Shown here one piece after another: positions 10,801 through 17,921 of a DNA stretch of 64,000 bases (the first letter of the stretch is position 1; each line of letters opens with the position of its first letter). The DNA is from Clostridia bacterium. GTDB taxonomy: Bacteria; Bacillota; Clostridia; Oscillospirales; CAG-272. A program made the position numbers and the translations under genes. The notes under the pieces are model-generated. The model was not told where the DNA came from. It searched no databases and worked only from the letters and a program-made list of their open reading frames with translations. Location: contig JAFXHH010000021.1 of NCBI GenBank assembly GCA_017536475.1, forward strand, positions 4,431-68,430. Reading direction: 5' to 3'.

Positions 10801-10971
10801 AACCCTCAAAACTTCCTGTAGGAAAGAGATAAGACAGACAGTTTGGGTTTTAAAATGGTGAAGCTTGAACATGTCAAAATTGCTGTCTGTTTTGCTAATC
10901 CCCCCAAAAATAACGTATTGAAGCTTGAAAAATGCCTTTTGCCCCCTTTTTACAGGAAGCTTTGAGGGGTT
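10801..10971 (+). repeat. Copy 1 of a stem-closed (or TIR-bounded) intergenic element with a conserved core of about 60 nt
   Basis: The arms aaccctcaaaacttcctgta (10801-10820) and tacaggaagctttgaggggtt (10951-10971) are inverted complements. The core caaaacttcctgtaggaaagagataagacagacagtttgggttttaaaatggtgaag matches the copies at 21853-21995 and 26167-26345. Confidence 0.7.
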
Positions 10972-11034
10972 TGGGGAGGTTTTTCCCAAAGCTCCCCAAG
11001 AAAACAAGAAAAAACAAAGAAAGGAGGACAAAAA

Positions 11035-11358
11035 ATGACGGTAGAAAAATTATTGGCGACGGTAGATGCAATGAAGCCAAACGATATCTGCGACGACGTA
11101 AAGATACGCTGGATATGCGACGTTGAAGGAAGAGTGCTTTGCGAGATACACAAGCAGTTGCCCGAGAGCGTAAAGCTTCCCGAGAGCGACAAGGCGGTTT
11201 TGAGTGTACCCGACGCGTATTCGAGGCTCTACGTTTTATATCTTGCCGCGATGATCGAATTCACGGCAGGAAACTACGGTGAGTACACGAAACTCAGCGC
11301 GGAAGCGGAGTCGGCGTTTAGTCTTTACGCAAAGCATTACATCAGAAACAGAGTGTAA
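11035..11358 (+). CDS. Hypothetical 107-aa protein
   Basis: A strong RBS aaaggagga sits 7 nt upstream. No motif was recognised with certainty. Confidence 0.6.
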   Translation: MTVEKLLATVDAMKPNDICDDVKIRWICDVEGRVLCEIHKQLPESVKLPESDKAVLSVPDAYSRLYVLYLAAMIEFTAGNYGEYTKLSAEAESAFSLYAKHYIRNRV

Positions 11359-11472
11359 AAAATGAAATCGGCGCTAATTTTGCCAAAGCCCTTGACATTA
11401 TCTTCTTTCAGAGGTATAATTATAATGTAATGTTATGCATTATATAACTTTTTGAAAGGTTGGTAATTCATC

Positions 11473-14154
11473 ATGAGTGAAATTATGCCTATTCTGACTA
11501 ACATAGTCCCGCTTGTATTGATGGGAGTTATTGCTCTGATAGTCATAATAAACGTTATCACGGGTCTTATCGGAGGACTCAAAAAGCGAATCGCGGCACT
11601 TGTTGCGATCGTGCTTTCGGCAATCATTGCCGCAATAGTTACAACTATAGTTTGCAGCCCCAATTCTGCACTTGTTACGTTCCTTGTGGATAAGATCGGC
11701 GGACTTATGGGTGGCGAATCGGGATCCACTATTCTGGAATCAGGAAGCATCGGCGAGGCGATCGTATACTATATTACGATGGCGATCAAGCCCGTATTCT
11801 TTACGGCAGTCTACAGCGTGCTTTCCGTTATACTTGGCATAGTTATGTCGATCGTTATTAAGTTTATTCCGATACTTAACAAGATCCCCGGCGTTGCAAA
11901 GCGTCTTGGCGGTGCAGGACTCGGCGTTGTGACCGGACTTCTCGTGTCCTTATTCTTGCTCGTTCCCATCGTTGGTACTATCATGGTCGGTGCGGACGCT
12001 ATAGATATGTTGGCTATCGGAGAAACCGAGGCGGAAGCTGAAGCAGACGTCGAGGCAGACGTCGAGGCAGACGTCGAGGCAGACGTTGAAGCTCCCTCGG
12101 TCAAGGAGGCGTTCAAGGGCTTCGAGTATATGGGATACGGACTCCTTTATGACGGACTTGCAAGTGAGAACTATTACGGTGAGAAGGTATATCTCCGTAA
12201 GGACGTTAACATCATACTTACTCTTGTAGATAAGCTCACCACGATCGGATCTGATCTTAGCTCTATAGATGAAGAGAAGGCAAACGAGCTTAATTCTGCT
12301 CTCGATACTCTTGAGGGATCTCCTCTTATCCGCGGCGTGCTTGCGGGTGTTCTGTCCGGGGCTTCGGAGAGCTGGATGAACGGCGAGAGCTATATGGGAA
12401 TGGAAAAGATCAGCGCAGGCGAGCTTTTCGATCCCGTTATTGATACGATGCTTGAGATATTGGCAACGACCGATAAGGATCTTGTCGTTTCCGATATTCG
12501 CACGGTAGTAGATATGTTTGGAGTATTGGCGAAGCACGGAATGCTTTCGGGCGAAGAAAGCGGCGATGCTCTTGATAAGATCAGCGACGGCGCTATAATC
12601 ACCGAAATGCTTGAGGTCATCGGCGAGAACGAGCGTATGTATCCCTTGGCAGACGAGGTTACCCGTCTTGGACTCAGAACTCTTGCGTCTACTCTCGGAA
12701 TCCCCAACGACGCGGACGAAAGATACGACGCTCTGATGAATGAGGTCGCAGCTGCAATGAACGATACCTACGGTATGTCCGACAGCGAGAGAGTTGAGGA
12801 GATCTCTGACAGACTCGCGAAGGCGTTCAGCGACTACGGCGTTGAGGTTGGCGGCGAGGCTCTTGAGTCGGTAACGAAGGGAATTCTTGCAGACCTTGGA
12901 AACGAAAGCGCTCTTGAAGGAAAAGACGTCAAGGAGTTCTTCGCACTTTACGCTGCTGCAGGCAGTGATGACTCCTCTGCAAGCGCAGGCAACGGCCTCG
13001 TCAATTTGTCCACCTCCCAGTCCGGCGGCGTGGTTATAAACGGCGATGGCTCTATAACCGTAAATGGCGTAACCCTTGAAAATTACAATGCTGACAATTA
13101 TCTTAATTCCTTGGCTTATAAGTTTGGAGCAGCCGGCGTAAGCTTTGACGATGCGGCAACGCTTTATTCGGCGGCAAGCATGAAGTCTACGTTCATAACC
13201 CTTGAGGAGATCCTTGATCTTCTTGGTGATTATGGAGAGTGTGAGGATATTAAGGTTGAGGCTGAAAGGCTTGGCAATATATTCGGAGAGTTCTTGTCAA
13301 TGGTCGGTGATGACGGTATCGACGCAAGCAACACGACCGAAATATTTGAAACGATCGGACAAGTGCTCGACGAGATGAAGTACTCCGAGATATTCGGCCC
13401 TGAGGTCACGGGTAAGCTTCTTTCCGCGATCATGCAGTCGAACACTCTCGTTGATAAGCTTGGCTTGTCCCGCGCGGATCTGACTCACATCGCAGACAAC
13501 ATCAACTCTCATGCGCTTGACAAGGACGGTGGCTTTGCCGATGCAACGGGCGCAGTAGCAAGCACCGTTGACGCGGTACAGACCAGTACGAAGGCAGACG
13601 CGACCAAGGAAGAGAAGATCCAGAGCGTTGAAAATATGATCAACAGCGTTAACACTGGAAATGCTGAAATGCTCACGACGATATTGACGGGCAGCGTAGT
13701 AACCGGTGTTAACTCCAACGTAGGAAAATCCGAAACAGTTGCAGATTCTTTGAGCAGCCTTATCAACAATATGGCACAGTTCAAGGAAGGCAATCCTACC
13801 GACGAGGAGATTTCCTCCGAAGCAGAGGCTGTAAGCCAGGTCATTGCTCTTGCTATGACGGGTGCGAACGACGGTGCGATCTTCAACACCGAGGATTCTA
13901 AGGGTTCGATAGATGCAACTCCCGAGGAGTTTATCGCCCAGGTGGTTAATTCCGACGTCGTTATGCAGACGGTAACCGAGACTGCAGGAAACGACAGTGA
14001 CCCCTACGGAATAAAATATGCAAGCGAGCACGAGTCGGAGAAGGTCTCTGCCGCGCTTGAAAATTATTACGTTGAAAATGGCGGCGGAGCAGAGCTTGCA
14101 GAAAAGCTTGAAAACCTCGCGATCGTTATGAACGTTGAGATCAATCTCGGTTGA
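11473..14154 (+). CDS. Large membrane protein with a CvpA-like multi-TM N-terminus and a long acidic helical domain
   Basis: 893 aa with about 5 TM helices in the first 190 aa. An (EADV)n repeat follows, then a D/E-rich soluble region. Confidence 0.6.
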   Translation: MSEIMPILTNIVPLVLMGVIALIVIINVITGLIGGLKKRIAALVAIVLSAIIAAIVTTIVCSPNSALVTFLVDKIGGLMGGESGSTILESGSIGEAIVYYITMAIKPVFFTAVYSVLSVILGIVMSIVIKFIPILNKIPGVAKRLGGAGLGVVTGLLVSLFLLVPIVGTIMVGADAIDMLAIGETEAEAEADVEADVEADVEADVEAPSVKEAFKGFEYMGYGLLYDGLASENYYGEKVYLRKDVNIILTLVDKLTTIGSDLSSIDEEKANELNSALDTLEGSPLIRGVLAGVLSGASESWMNGESYMGMEKISAGELFDPVIDTMLEILATTDKDLVVSDIRTVVDMFGVLAKHGMLSGEESGDALDKISDGAIITEMLEVIGENERMYPLADEVTRLGLRTLASTLGIPNDADERYDALMNEVAAAMNDTYGMSDSERVEEISDRLAKAFSDYGVEVGGEALESVTKGILADLGNESALEGKDVKEFFALYAAAGSDDSSASAGNGLVNLSTSQSGGVVINGDGSITVNGVTLENYNADNYLNSLAYKFGAAGVSFDDAATLYSAASMKSTFITLEEILDLLGDYGECEDIKVEAERLGNIFGEFLSMVGDDGIDASNTTEIFETIGQVLDEMKYSEIFGPEVTGKLLSAIMQSNTLVDKLGLSRADLTHIADNINSHALDKDGGFADATGAVASTVDAVQTSTKADATKEEKIQSVENMINSVNTGNAEMLTTILTGSVVTGVNSNVGKSETVADSLSSLINNMAQFKEGNPTDEEISSEAEAVSQVIALAMTGANDGAIFNTEDSKGSIDATPEEFIAQVVNSDVVMQTVTETAGNDSDPYGIKYASEHESEKVSAALENYYVENGGGAELAEKLENLAIVMNVEINLG
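12043..12090 (+). repeat. In-frame 12-bp tandem repeat (gcagacgtcgag x4) encoding (ADVE)4
   Basis: Three perfect copies and one diverged copy, read directly from the sequence. Confidence 0.9.
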
Positions 14155-14179
14155 TCGATTTAAAGTAAATCTGATGATG

Positions 14180-14215
14180 GCTGTCACGCGGGCTTGCTCG
14201 CGTGACAGCTTTTTA
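14180..14215 (+). terminator. Rho-independent terminator
   Basis: Hairpin gctgtcacgcg/cgcgtgacagc followed by ttttt. Confidence 0.85.
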
Positions 14216-14295
14216 AGGAACAAGTTGTTTTTTATAAGAGATTTTTGGGGTTTTGAAGGACAGAAAAAAATTTCAAAAAAATTGAAAAAAAAGTA

Positions 14296-14324
14296 TTGAC
14301 AAACTCCTCTGTTTGTGGTATGAT
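14296..14324 (+). promoter_or_regulatory. Sigma-A type promoter of the tRNA operon
   Basis: TTGACA (14296-14301), a 17-nt spacer and TATGAT (14319-14324), about 40 nt upstream of tRNA-Gly. Confidence 0.75.
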
Positions 14325-14365
14325 ATATAGGCGGTTGAAAAACGGCCGCCGAAATTTAAATATGT

Positions 14366-14439
14366 GCGAGTGTAGTTCAATGGTAGAATCCCAGCCTTCC
14401 AAGCTGGTCGCGTGGGTTCGATTCCCATCACTCGCTCCA
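14366..14439 (+). tRNA. tRNA-Gly (anticodon UCC), CCA encoded
   Basis: Manual cloverleaf: acceptor gcgagtg/cactcgc, anticodon arm ccagc-cttccaa-gctgg, T-arm gtggg-ttcgatt-cccat. Confidence 0.95.
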
Positions 14440-14486
14440 TTTCTTTTATGCCGTGTTTGGCAATCGCCTTACGTGGCATTAACTTT

Positions 14487-14563
14487 GTGCCTTTAGCTCA
14501 GCTGGATAGAGCAACTGCCTTCTAAGCAGTAGGTCGGGGGTTCGAGTCCCTCAAGGCACGCCA
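14487..14563 (+). tRNA. tRNA-Arg (anticodon UCU), CCA encoded
   Basis: Manual cloverleaf: acceptor gtgcctt/aaggcac, anticodon arm actgc-cttctaa-gcagt, T-arm ggggg-ttcgagt-ccctc. Confidence 0.95.
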
Positions 14564-14567
14564 CTAC

Positions 14568-14645
14568 GGTGGGTATGGCTCAGTTGGTTAGAGCGTCAGG
14601 TTGTGGCCCTGAAGGCCGTGGGTTCGAATCCCATTACTCACCCCA
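14568..14645 (+). tRNA. tRNA-His (anticodon GUG) with the extra G at position -1, CCA encoded
   Basis: G-1 pairs with C73. Anticodon arm tcagg-ttgtggc-cctga, T-arm gtggg-ttcgaat-cccat. Confidence 0.95.
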
Positions 14646-14654
14646 GAAAACGAA

Positions 14655-14688
14655 AACACCAAGCGTGCGCTTGGTGTTTTTGTTTTCT
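14655..14688 (+). terminator. Terminator of the tRNA operon, forming the core of a much longer inverted repeat (14635-14701)
   Basis: Hairpin aacaccaagcg/cgcttggtgtt followed by tttgtttt. The outer arms extend into the tRNA-His 3' acceptor strand. Confidence 0.8.
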
Positions 14689-14701
14689 CTCGGGGTGAGT
14701 A

Positions 14702-15005
14702 ACGGGATAATATCACCCACGGTCGCGCGCTTGCGCGCAGGCCGGCGACGTTTTGCCGCAAGGCAAAACTCGATAAGTAAACCGCTTGCGGTTTACGTAG
14801 GGGTTCAGAATCCCATGTGACCAAAGTGCTCGCCCACGGCTAGCAACCTTTGGTTGCGTACGAGGCTTCCTCGCCTGCGAGGAAACTCGATGAGTAAGCT
14901 GAAGGCTTACGTAAGGTTCAGAATCTTACGCAACACTGCGTGTTGCTTCCCGAGTTTGCTATCGCAAACATCGCCATTGCCCAACTTCGCTACCCACATG
15001 GGAAT
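14702..15005 (+). repeat. Two tandem units of about 115 nt, each made of stable hairpins plus a tRNA T-arm-like hairpin; candidate ncRNA or tRNA-derived repeat
   Basis: Each unit starts at cccacgg (14716 and 14833). They share the linker tcgatRagtaa and the T-arm-like segments ggggttcagaatccc (14800-14814) and aaggttcagaatctt (14913-27). The hairpin stems differ between units but stay paired. Confidence 0.6.
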
Positions 15006-15006
15006 G

Positions 15007-15032
15007 AAAAGACACCCTTGGGTGTCTTTTTT
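15007..15032 (+). terminator. Second rho-independent terminator, closing the hairpin-unit region
   Basis: Hairpin aaaagacaccc/gggtgtctttt followed by a T-run. Confidence 0.8.
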
Positions 15033-15161
15033 AGCATTTCGAGGCAATCATCTGCCTTTTTTACCCAAAACTCTTGAAATTTAATTGGAAATGTGTTACA
15101 ATTAACATGGTGATACGGTCATTTTGCCCGTATCATACAGTTTATACTTTTGGAGGTTGTT

Positions 15162-16067
15162 ATGGACAACGAAAACGTAGTAACGAATGAAATCGTTGCT
15201 GATCCCGCTGTAAAAAACGCAATCATACAGAAGAGAGCCGCTAAAGCCGAGCTCCGCAAGGAAGATTGCAAAATGCTTACACGTCTTAAGGAAGTACTCG
15301 CGGAAAACATCAGACTCCACGGTATTCTCAGTGAGATAAAGGCAAAAATTGCAGATATCAAGCGCAAGCTGAAGACCCCCCAGCCCAAGATCAAAACGGC
15401 ACTGCTTGTTCCCGGAATAGTCCTTGCTTTTTTGGGAATCGTCTTTATTGCTATGTCAGGCGCAAGACAGTCGGGTGGCCAAGGGCTCCCCATATTCCTT
15501 ATTATAACCGGTGTGATCCTTATAGCTCTCGCTATAGTTTTCAAGGTCCTTGACGTCAAGAAATGGAAAGCATATCTTGCAGATCTTGAGGTACAGCTTG
15601 CAAAGGCAGAGGCTGAAGCGGCTGCTGCCCAGAACGATATCGACGAATATTGGGAAAACGAAGCAAAGCCTTATATCGTAACGCTTATTCCCGATCGTGT
15701 GCCTCAGGCATACGTGCTTAATTATTGCGCAATTTCCGATATGCTTTGGCTTATGGAAAATCTGCGTGCGGATACTGTCAAGGAAGCGGCAAATCTTTAC
15801 GATGAGCTGCTCTTCAGAGCATCTATGAAAAATATCTCTGAAAAGGTTGACGATATCGCAAAAGCAGCCAAGAGAAGTGCTATTGCAAACGAGGAAGCGG
15901 CAAGAGCCGCAAAAGCTACCGCGGCAAGCGCGGCTGCTATGAGTGCAAGTATGGCAAGCATCGCTGCATCCGAGGCAAGCATTGCTCAGTCCGAGGCAAG
16001 ACGCGCCGCAGCGTCCGAGTCCGCCGCAAGAAGCATTGCGGATATGTCGTACAGATATTACTATTGA
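15162..16067 (+). CDS. Hypothetical membrane protein: coiled-coil N-terminus, 2 TM helices and an Ala/Ser-rich C-terminus
   Basis: The ATG at 15162 is 5 nt after GGAGG. TM helices are ALLVPGIVLAFLGIVFIAM and LPIFLIITGVILIALAIVF. The C-terminus reads AAKATAASAAAMSASMASIAASEASIAQSEARRAAASESAARS...YRYYY. Confidence 0.6.
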   Translation: MDNENVVTNEIVADPAVKNAIIQKRAAKAELRKEDCKMLTRLKEVLAENIRLHGILSEIKAKIADIKRKLKTPQPKIKTALLVPGIVLAFLGIVFIAMSGARQSGGQGLPIFLIITGVILIALAIVFKVLDVKKWKAYLADLEVQLAKAEAEAAAAQNDIDEYWENEAKPYIVTLIPDRVPQAYVLNYCAISDMLWLMENLRADTVKEAANLYDELLFRASMKNISEKVDDIAKAAKRSAIANEEAARAAKATAASAAAMSASMASIAASEASIAQSEARRAAASESAARSIADMSYRYYY

Positions 16068-16240
16068 TCTTTTAGTCAAATAGAACCGTCGCGCGATTTC
16101 GCGCGGCGGTTTTTTATATATATCGAGATTTATTCCAAATATACGGAGAAATTTCATAAAAATTTAGAAAAAACCCCTTGATACTTGACTGTAATTATAG
16201 TATAATATATAAGATAAATTATAATAGGAGGAATAGTGCC

Positions 16241-16804
16241 GTGTCAAGCTGGCTGTTGCCCGACTACATTTTCGCGACCTACAGGGAAGTGACTCCCGAG
16301 TTTCTTCGAAGCATAGGAATCAAGGCGCTTCTTATAGATATAGACAATACGCTCGCGCCCTACGAGCAGCCCCTGCCCGACGAGCATATCAAAGCGTGGT
16401 TTTCTTCTCTCAAGCAGAATGGCATCTCGGCAACTCTCGTGTCAAATAACGACCGTGAGCGAGTCGAGCTTTTCAATAACGACCTCGGTCTGCCCGCCTA
16501 TTATAAAAGCGGCAAGCCTTTCGCCAAGAATCTCAAGAAGGCTATGCGAGATATGGGTAGTGACCGCACGAACACCGCGATGCTCGGCGACCAGCTCCTG
16601 ACCGACGCGGCGGCAGGCAAGCACATTGGTCTGAGAACGATCATCGTGCCGCCGATAAATGATAAAAATAACGCATTTTTCAGAAGCAAGCGCGCTATGG
16701 AGGTAAGACATATCAAAAAATACGTCAAGCTCCACGGCGACGACTCGAAGCGCGTCTGCTCGTTCTGGATAGAGAAAAAATACAAGAAAAAGAATAGGAT
16801 TTAA
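16241..16804 (+). CDS. yqeG: YqeG-family HAD-IIIA phosphatase
   Basis: HAD motif I LLIDIDNTLAPY and motif IV MLGDQLLTD. The GTG start at 16241 is 9 nt after AGGAGG. Confidence 0.75.
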   Translation: MSSWLLPDYIFATYREVTPEFLRSIGIKALLIDIDNTLAPYEQPLPDEHIKAWFSSLKQNGISATLVSNNDRERVELFNNDLGLPAYYKSGKPFAKNLKKAMRDMGSDRTNTAMLGDQLLTDAAAGKHIGLRTIIVPPINDKNNAFFRSKRAMEVRHIKKYVKLHGDDSKRVCSFWIEKKYKKKNRI

Positions 16805-16807
16805 AAT

Positions 16808-17656
16808 ATGTCAAAAGCAAAATTCGGTCCCGGCGGAAACGGCGATCTCTTTTACGCACAAGGCGGAAAGGGGACTGTCCAAGCACCCGCTTGGGTTAAA
16901 AATTACGGACTTGACGCCTATGAATTCGAGGCGGGCAACGGTCTGACTGCGGGCGAGGCAACGCTTCGCAAGATCGGCGAGGAGGCAAAGCTGCACGGCA
17001 TTTCAATGTCGCTTCACACGCCTTATTTCATCTCGCTTTCGGGAATTGACCCCGAAAAACGTCTCAAAAGCATCGACTATATACAAAAATCGCTTTGGGC
17101 GGCGGAGCTGCTCGGAGCGAAAACGATAGTTATCCATAGCGGAAGCGCGGCGAAGATCAGCCGCGAGGAAGCGATGAAACTTTCCTGCGACACGCTCGAA
17201 AAGGTCATCGAGGCGGTGGGAGATACCGAGATCAAGCTCGGCATCGAGACTATGGGCAAGGTCAATCAGCTCGGCACGCTCGACGAGGTAATAGAGCAGT
17301 GCAGAGTTGACAAGCACTACGTTCCCGTCGTCGATTTCGGTCACATGAACTCGCGCGAGCAGGGTCTGTTCCGCACCGTCGACGACTACAGACGAATATT
17401 CGACAAGATCGCCGAGGGCTGCTCCTACGAGGTCGCGAAAGATCTGCACTGTCACTTCTCAAAGATCGAGTACACGGGCGCGGGCGAGAAAAAGCATCTC
17501 ACCTTTGACGACGAGGTCTACGGACCCGACTTCGAGCCATTGATGGAGGCGATCGCGAAGGACGGACTCACACCGACGATCATCTGCGAGTCTGACGGCA
17601 CGCAGGCGGAGGACGCGCTGGCGATGAAAAAGTGCTATGAGGCGTTTTTGTGTTAA
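16808..17656 (+). CDS. TIM-barrel protein of the AP endonuclease 2 / endonuclease IV-like (xylose isomerase-like) family
   Basis: The blocks HTPYFISL, IVIHSGS, IETMGK, VVDFGHMNS and LHCHFSKIEY resemble the metal-binding blocks of the Nfo family. Confidence 0.55.
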   Translation: MSKAKFGPGGNGDLFYAQGGKGTVQAPAWVKNYGLDAYEFEAGNGLTAGEATLRKIGEEAKLHGISMSLHTPYFISLSGIDPEKRLKSIDYIQKSLWAAELLGAKTIVIHSGSAAKISREEAMKLSCDTLEKVIEAVGDTEIKLGIETMGKVNQLGTLDEVIEQCRVDKHYVPVVDFGHMNSREQGLFRTVDDYRRIFDKIAEGCSYEVAKDLHCHFSKIEYTGAGEKKHLTFDDEVYGPDFEPLMEAIAKDGLTPTIICESDGTQAEDALAMKKCYEAFLC

Positions 17657-17885
17657 GAAGCGAAGCTTCTTGAAAGTTTTGCTCGAGCTTTTTCAAAAGC
17701 TCGTTGGAGCCGCCGCAATCGGCGGTCGCCCTCCGCAGAGGGCGAAATGCCTTTATCCTTTCAAAGCGCCACGAAAGGGTGAATTTCGGCGAAGCCGAAA
17801 GAGGGAAAGCCTTGCTACAGCAATGGAAGGGAGCGCTTCGCCACAGGCGAAGTTAACAACGCACAAGTGGGGGTTTTCCCTTATA
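17657..17885 (+). repeat. Array of about 8 consecutive short GC-rich hairpins in the intergenic region upstream of the M24 peptidase gene
   Basis: Hairpins include aagaagc-gaa-gcttctt, gagcttttt-caa-aagctc, ccgcc-gcaatc-ggcgg, cgccct-ccgcag-agggcg, ttcggc-gaa-gccgaa and cttcgcc-aca-ggcgaag. Confidence 0.6.
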
Positions 17886-17921
17886 TAACAACGAAATAAT
17901 TAATTCAGTGAGGAAACTGTT

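Noticed and set aside
9424-11031. Long antisense ORFs that mirror real genes. Examples are 9424-11031(-), 22120-23664(-), 25084-26136(+), 26394-27314(+), 60052-61320(-), 17988-19220(-) and 3637-4770(-).
   Set aside because: Each lies opposite a gene with clear family motifs (pfp, hisS, kdgK, eda, capsid, M24 peptidase, PrsA-like). Their translations are Arg/Ser/Leu-rich low-complexity sequence with no motifs or RBS. This is the usual by-product of codon bias on the opposite strand.
14273-14824. ORFs 14273-14479(-), 14296-14496(+), 14569-14820(+) and 14588-14824(-), together with 24560-24868(-).
   Set aside because: They overlap the tRNA-Gly, tRNA-Arg, tRNA-His and tRNA-Thr genes and hairpin repeats, so they are not protein-coding.
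14700-15005. A CRISPR array or a tmRNA in the hairpin-rich tRNA-His trailer, and in 17657-17885.
   Set aside because: The region has no identical direct repeats with uniform spacers, only two diverged units of about 115 nt and chains of unrelated hairpins, and there are no cas genes. For tmRNA, it lacks the GGAUUCGAC-type 5' domain, a tag ORF and a terminal T-arm-acceptor-CCA.
17637-17888. ORF 17637-17888(+), which encodes an Arg/Lys-rich 83-aa peptide.
   Set aside because: It overlaps the stop region of the preceding gene and consists of the hairpin array read in one frame. It has no RBS.
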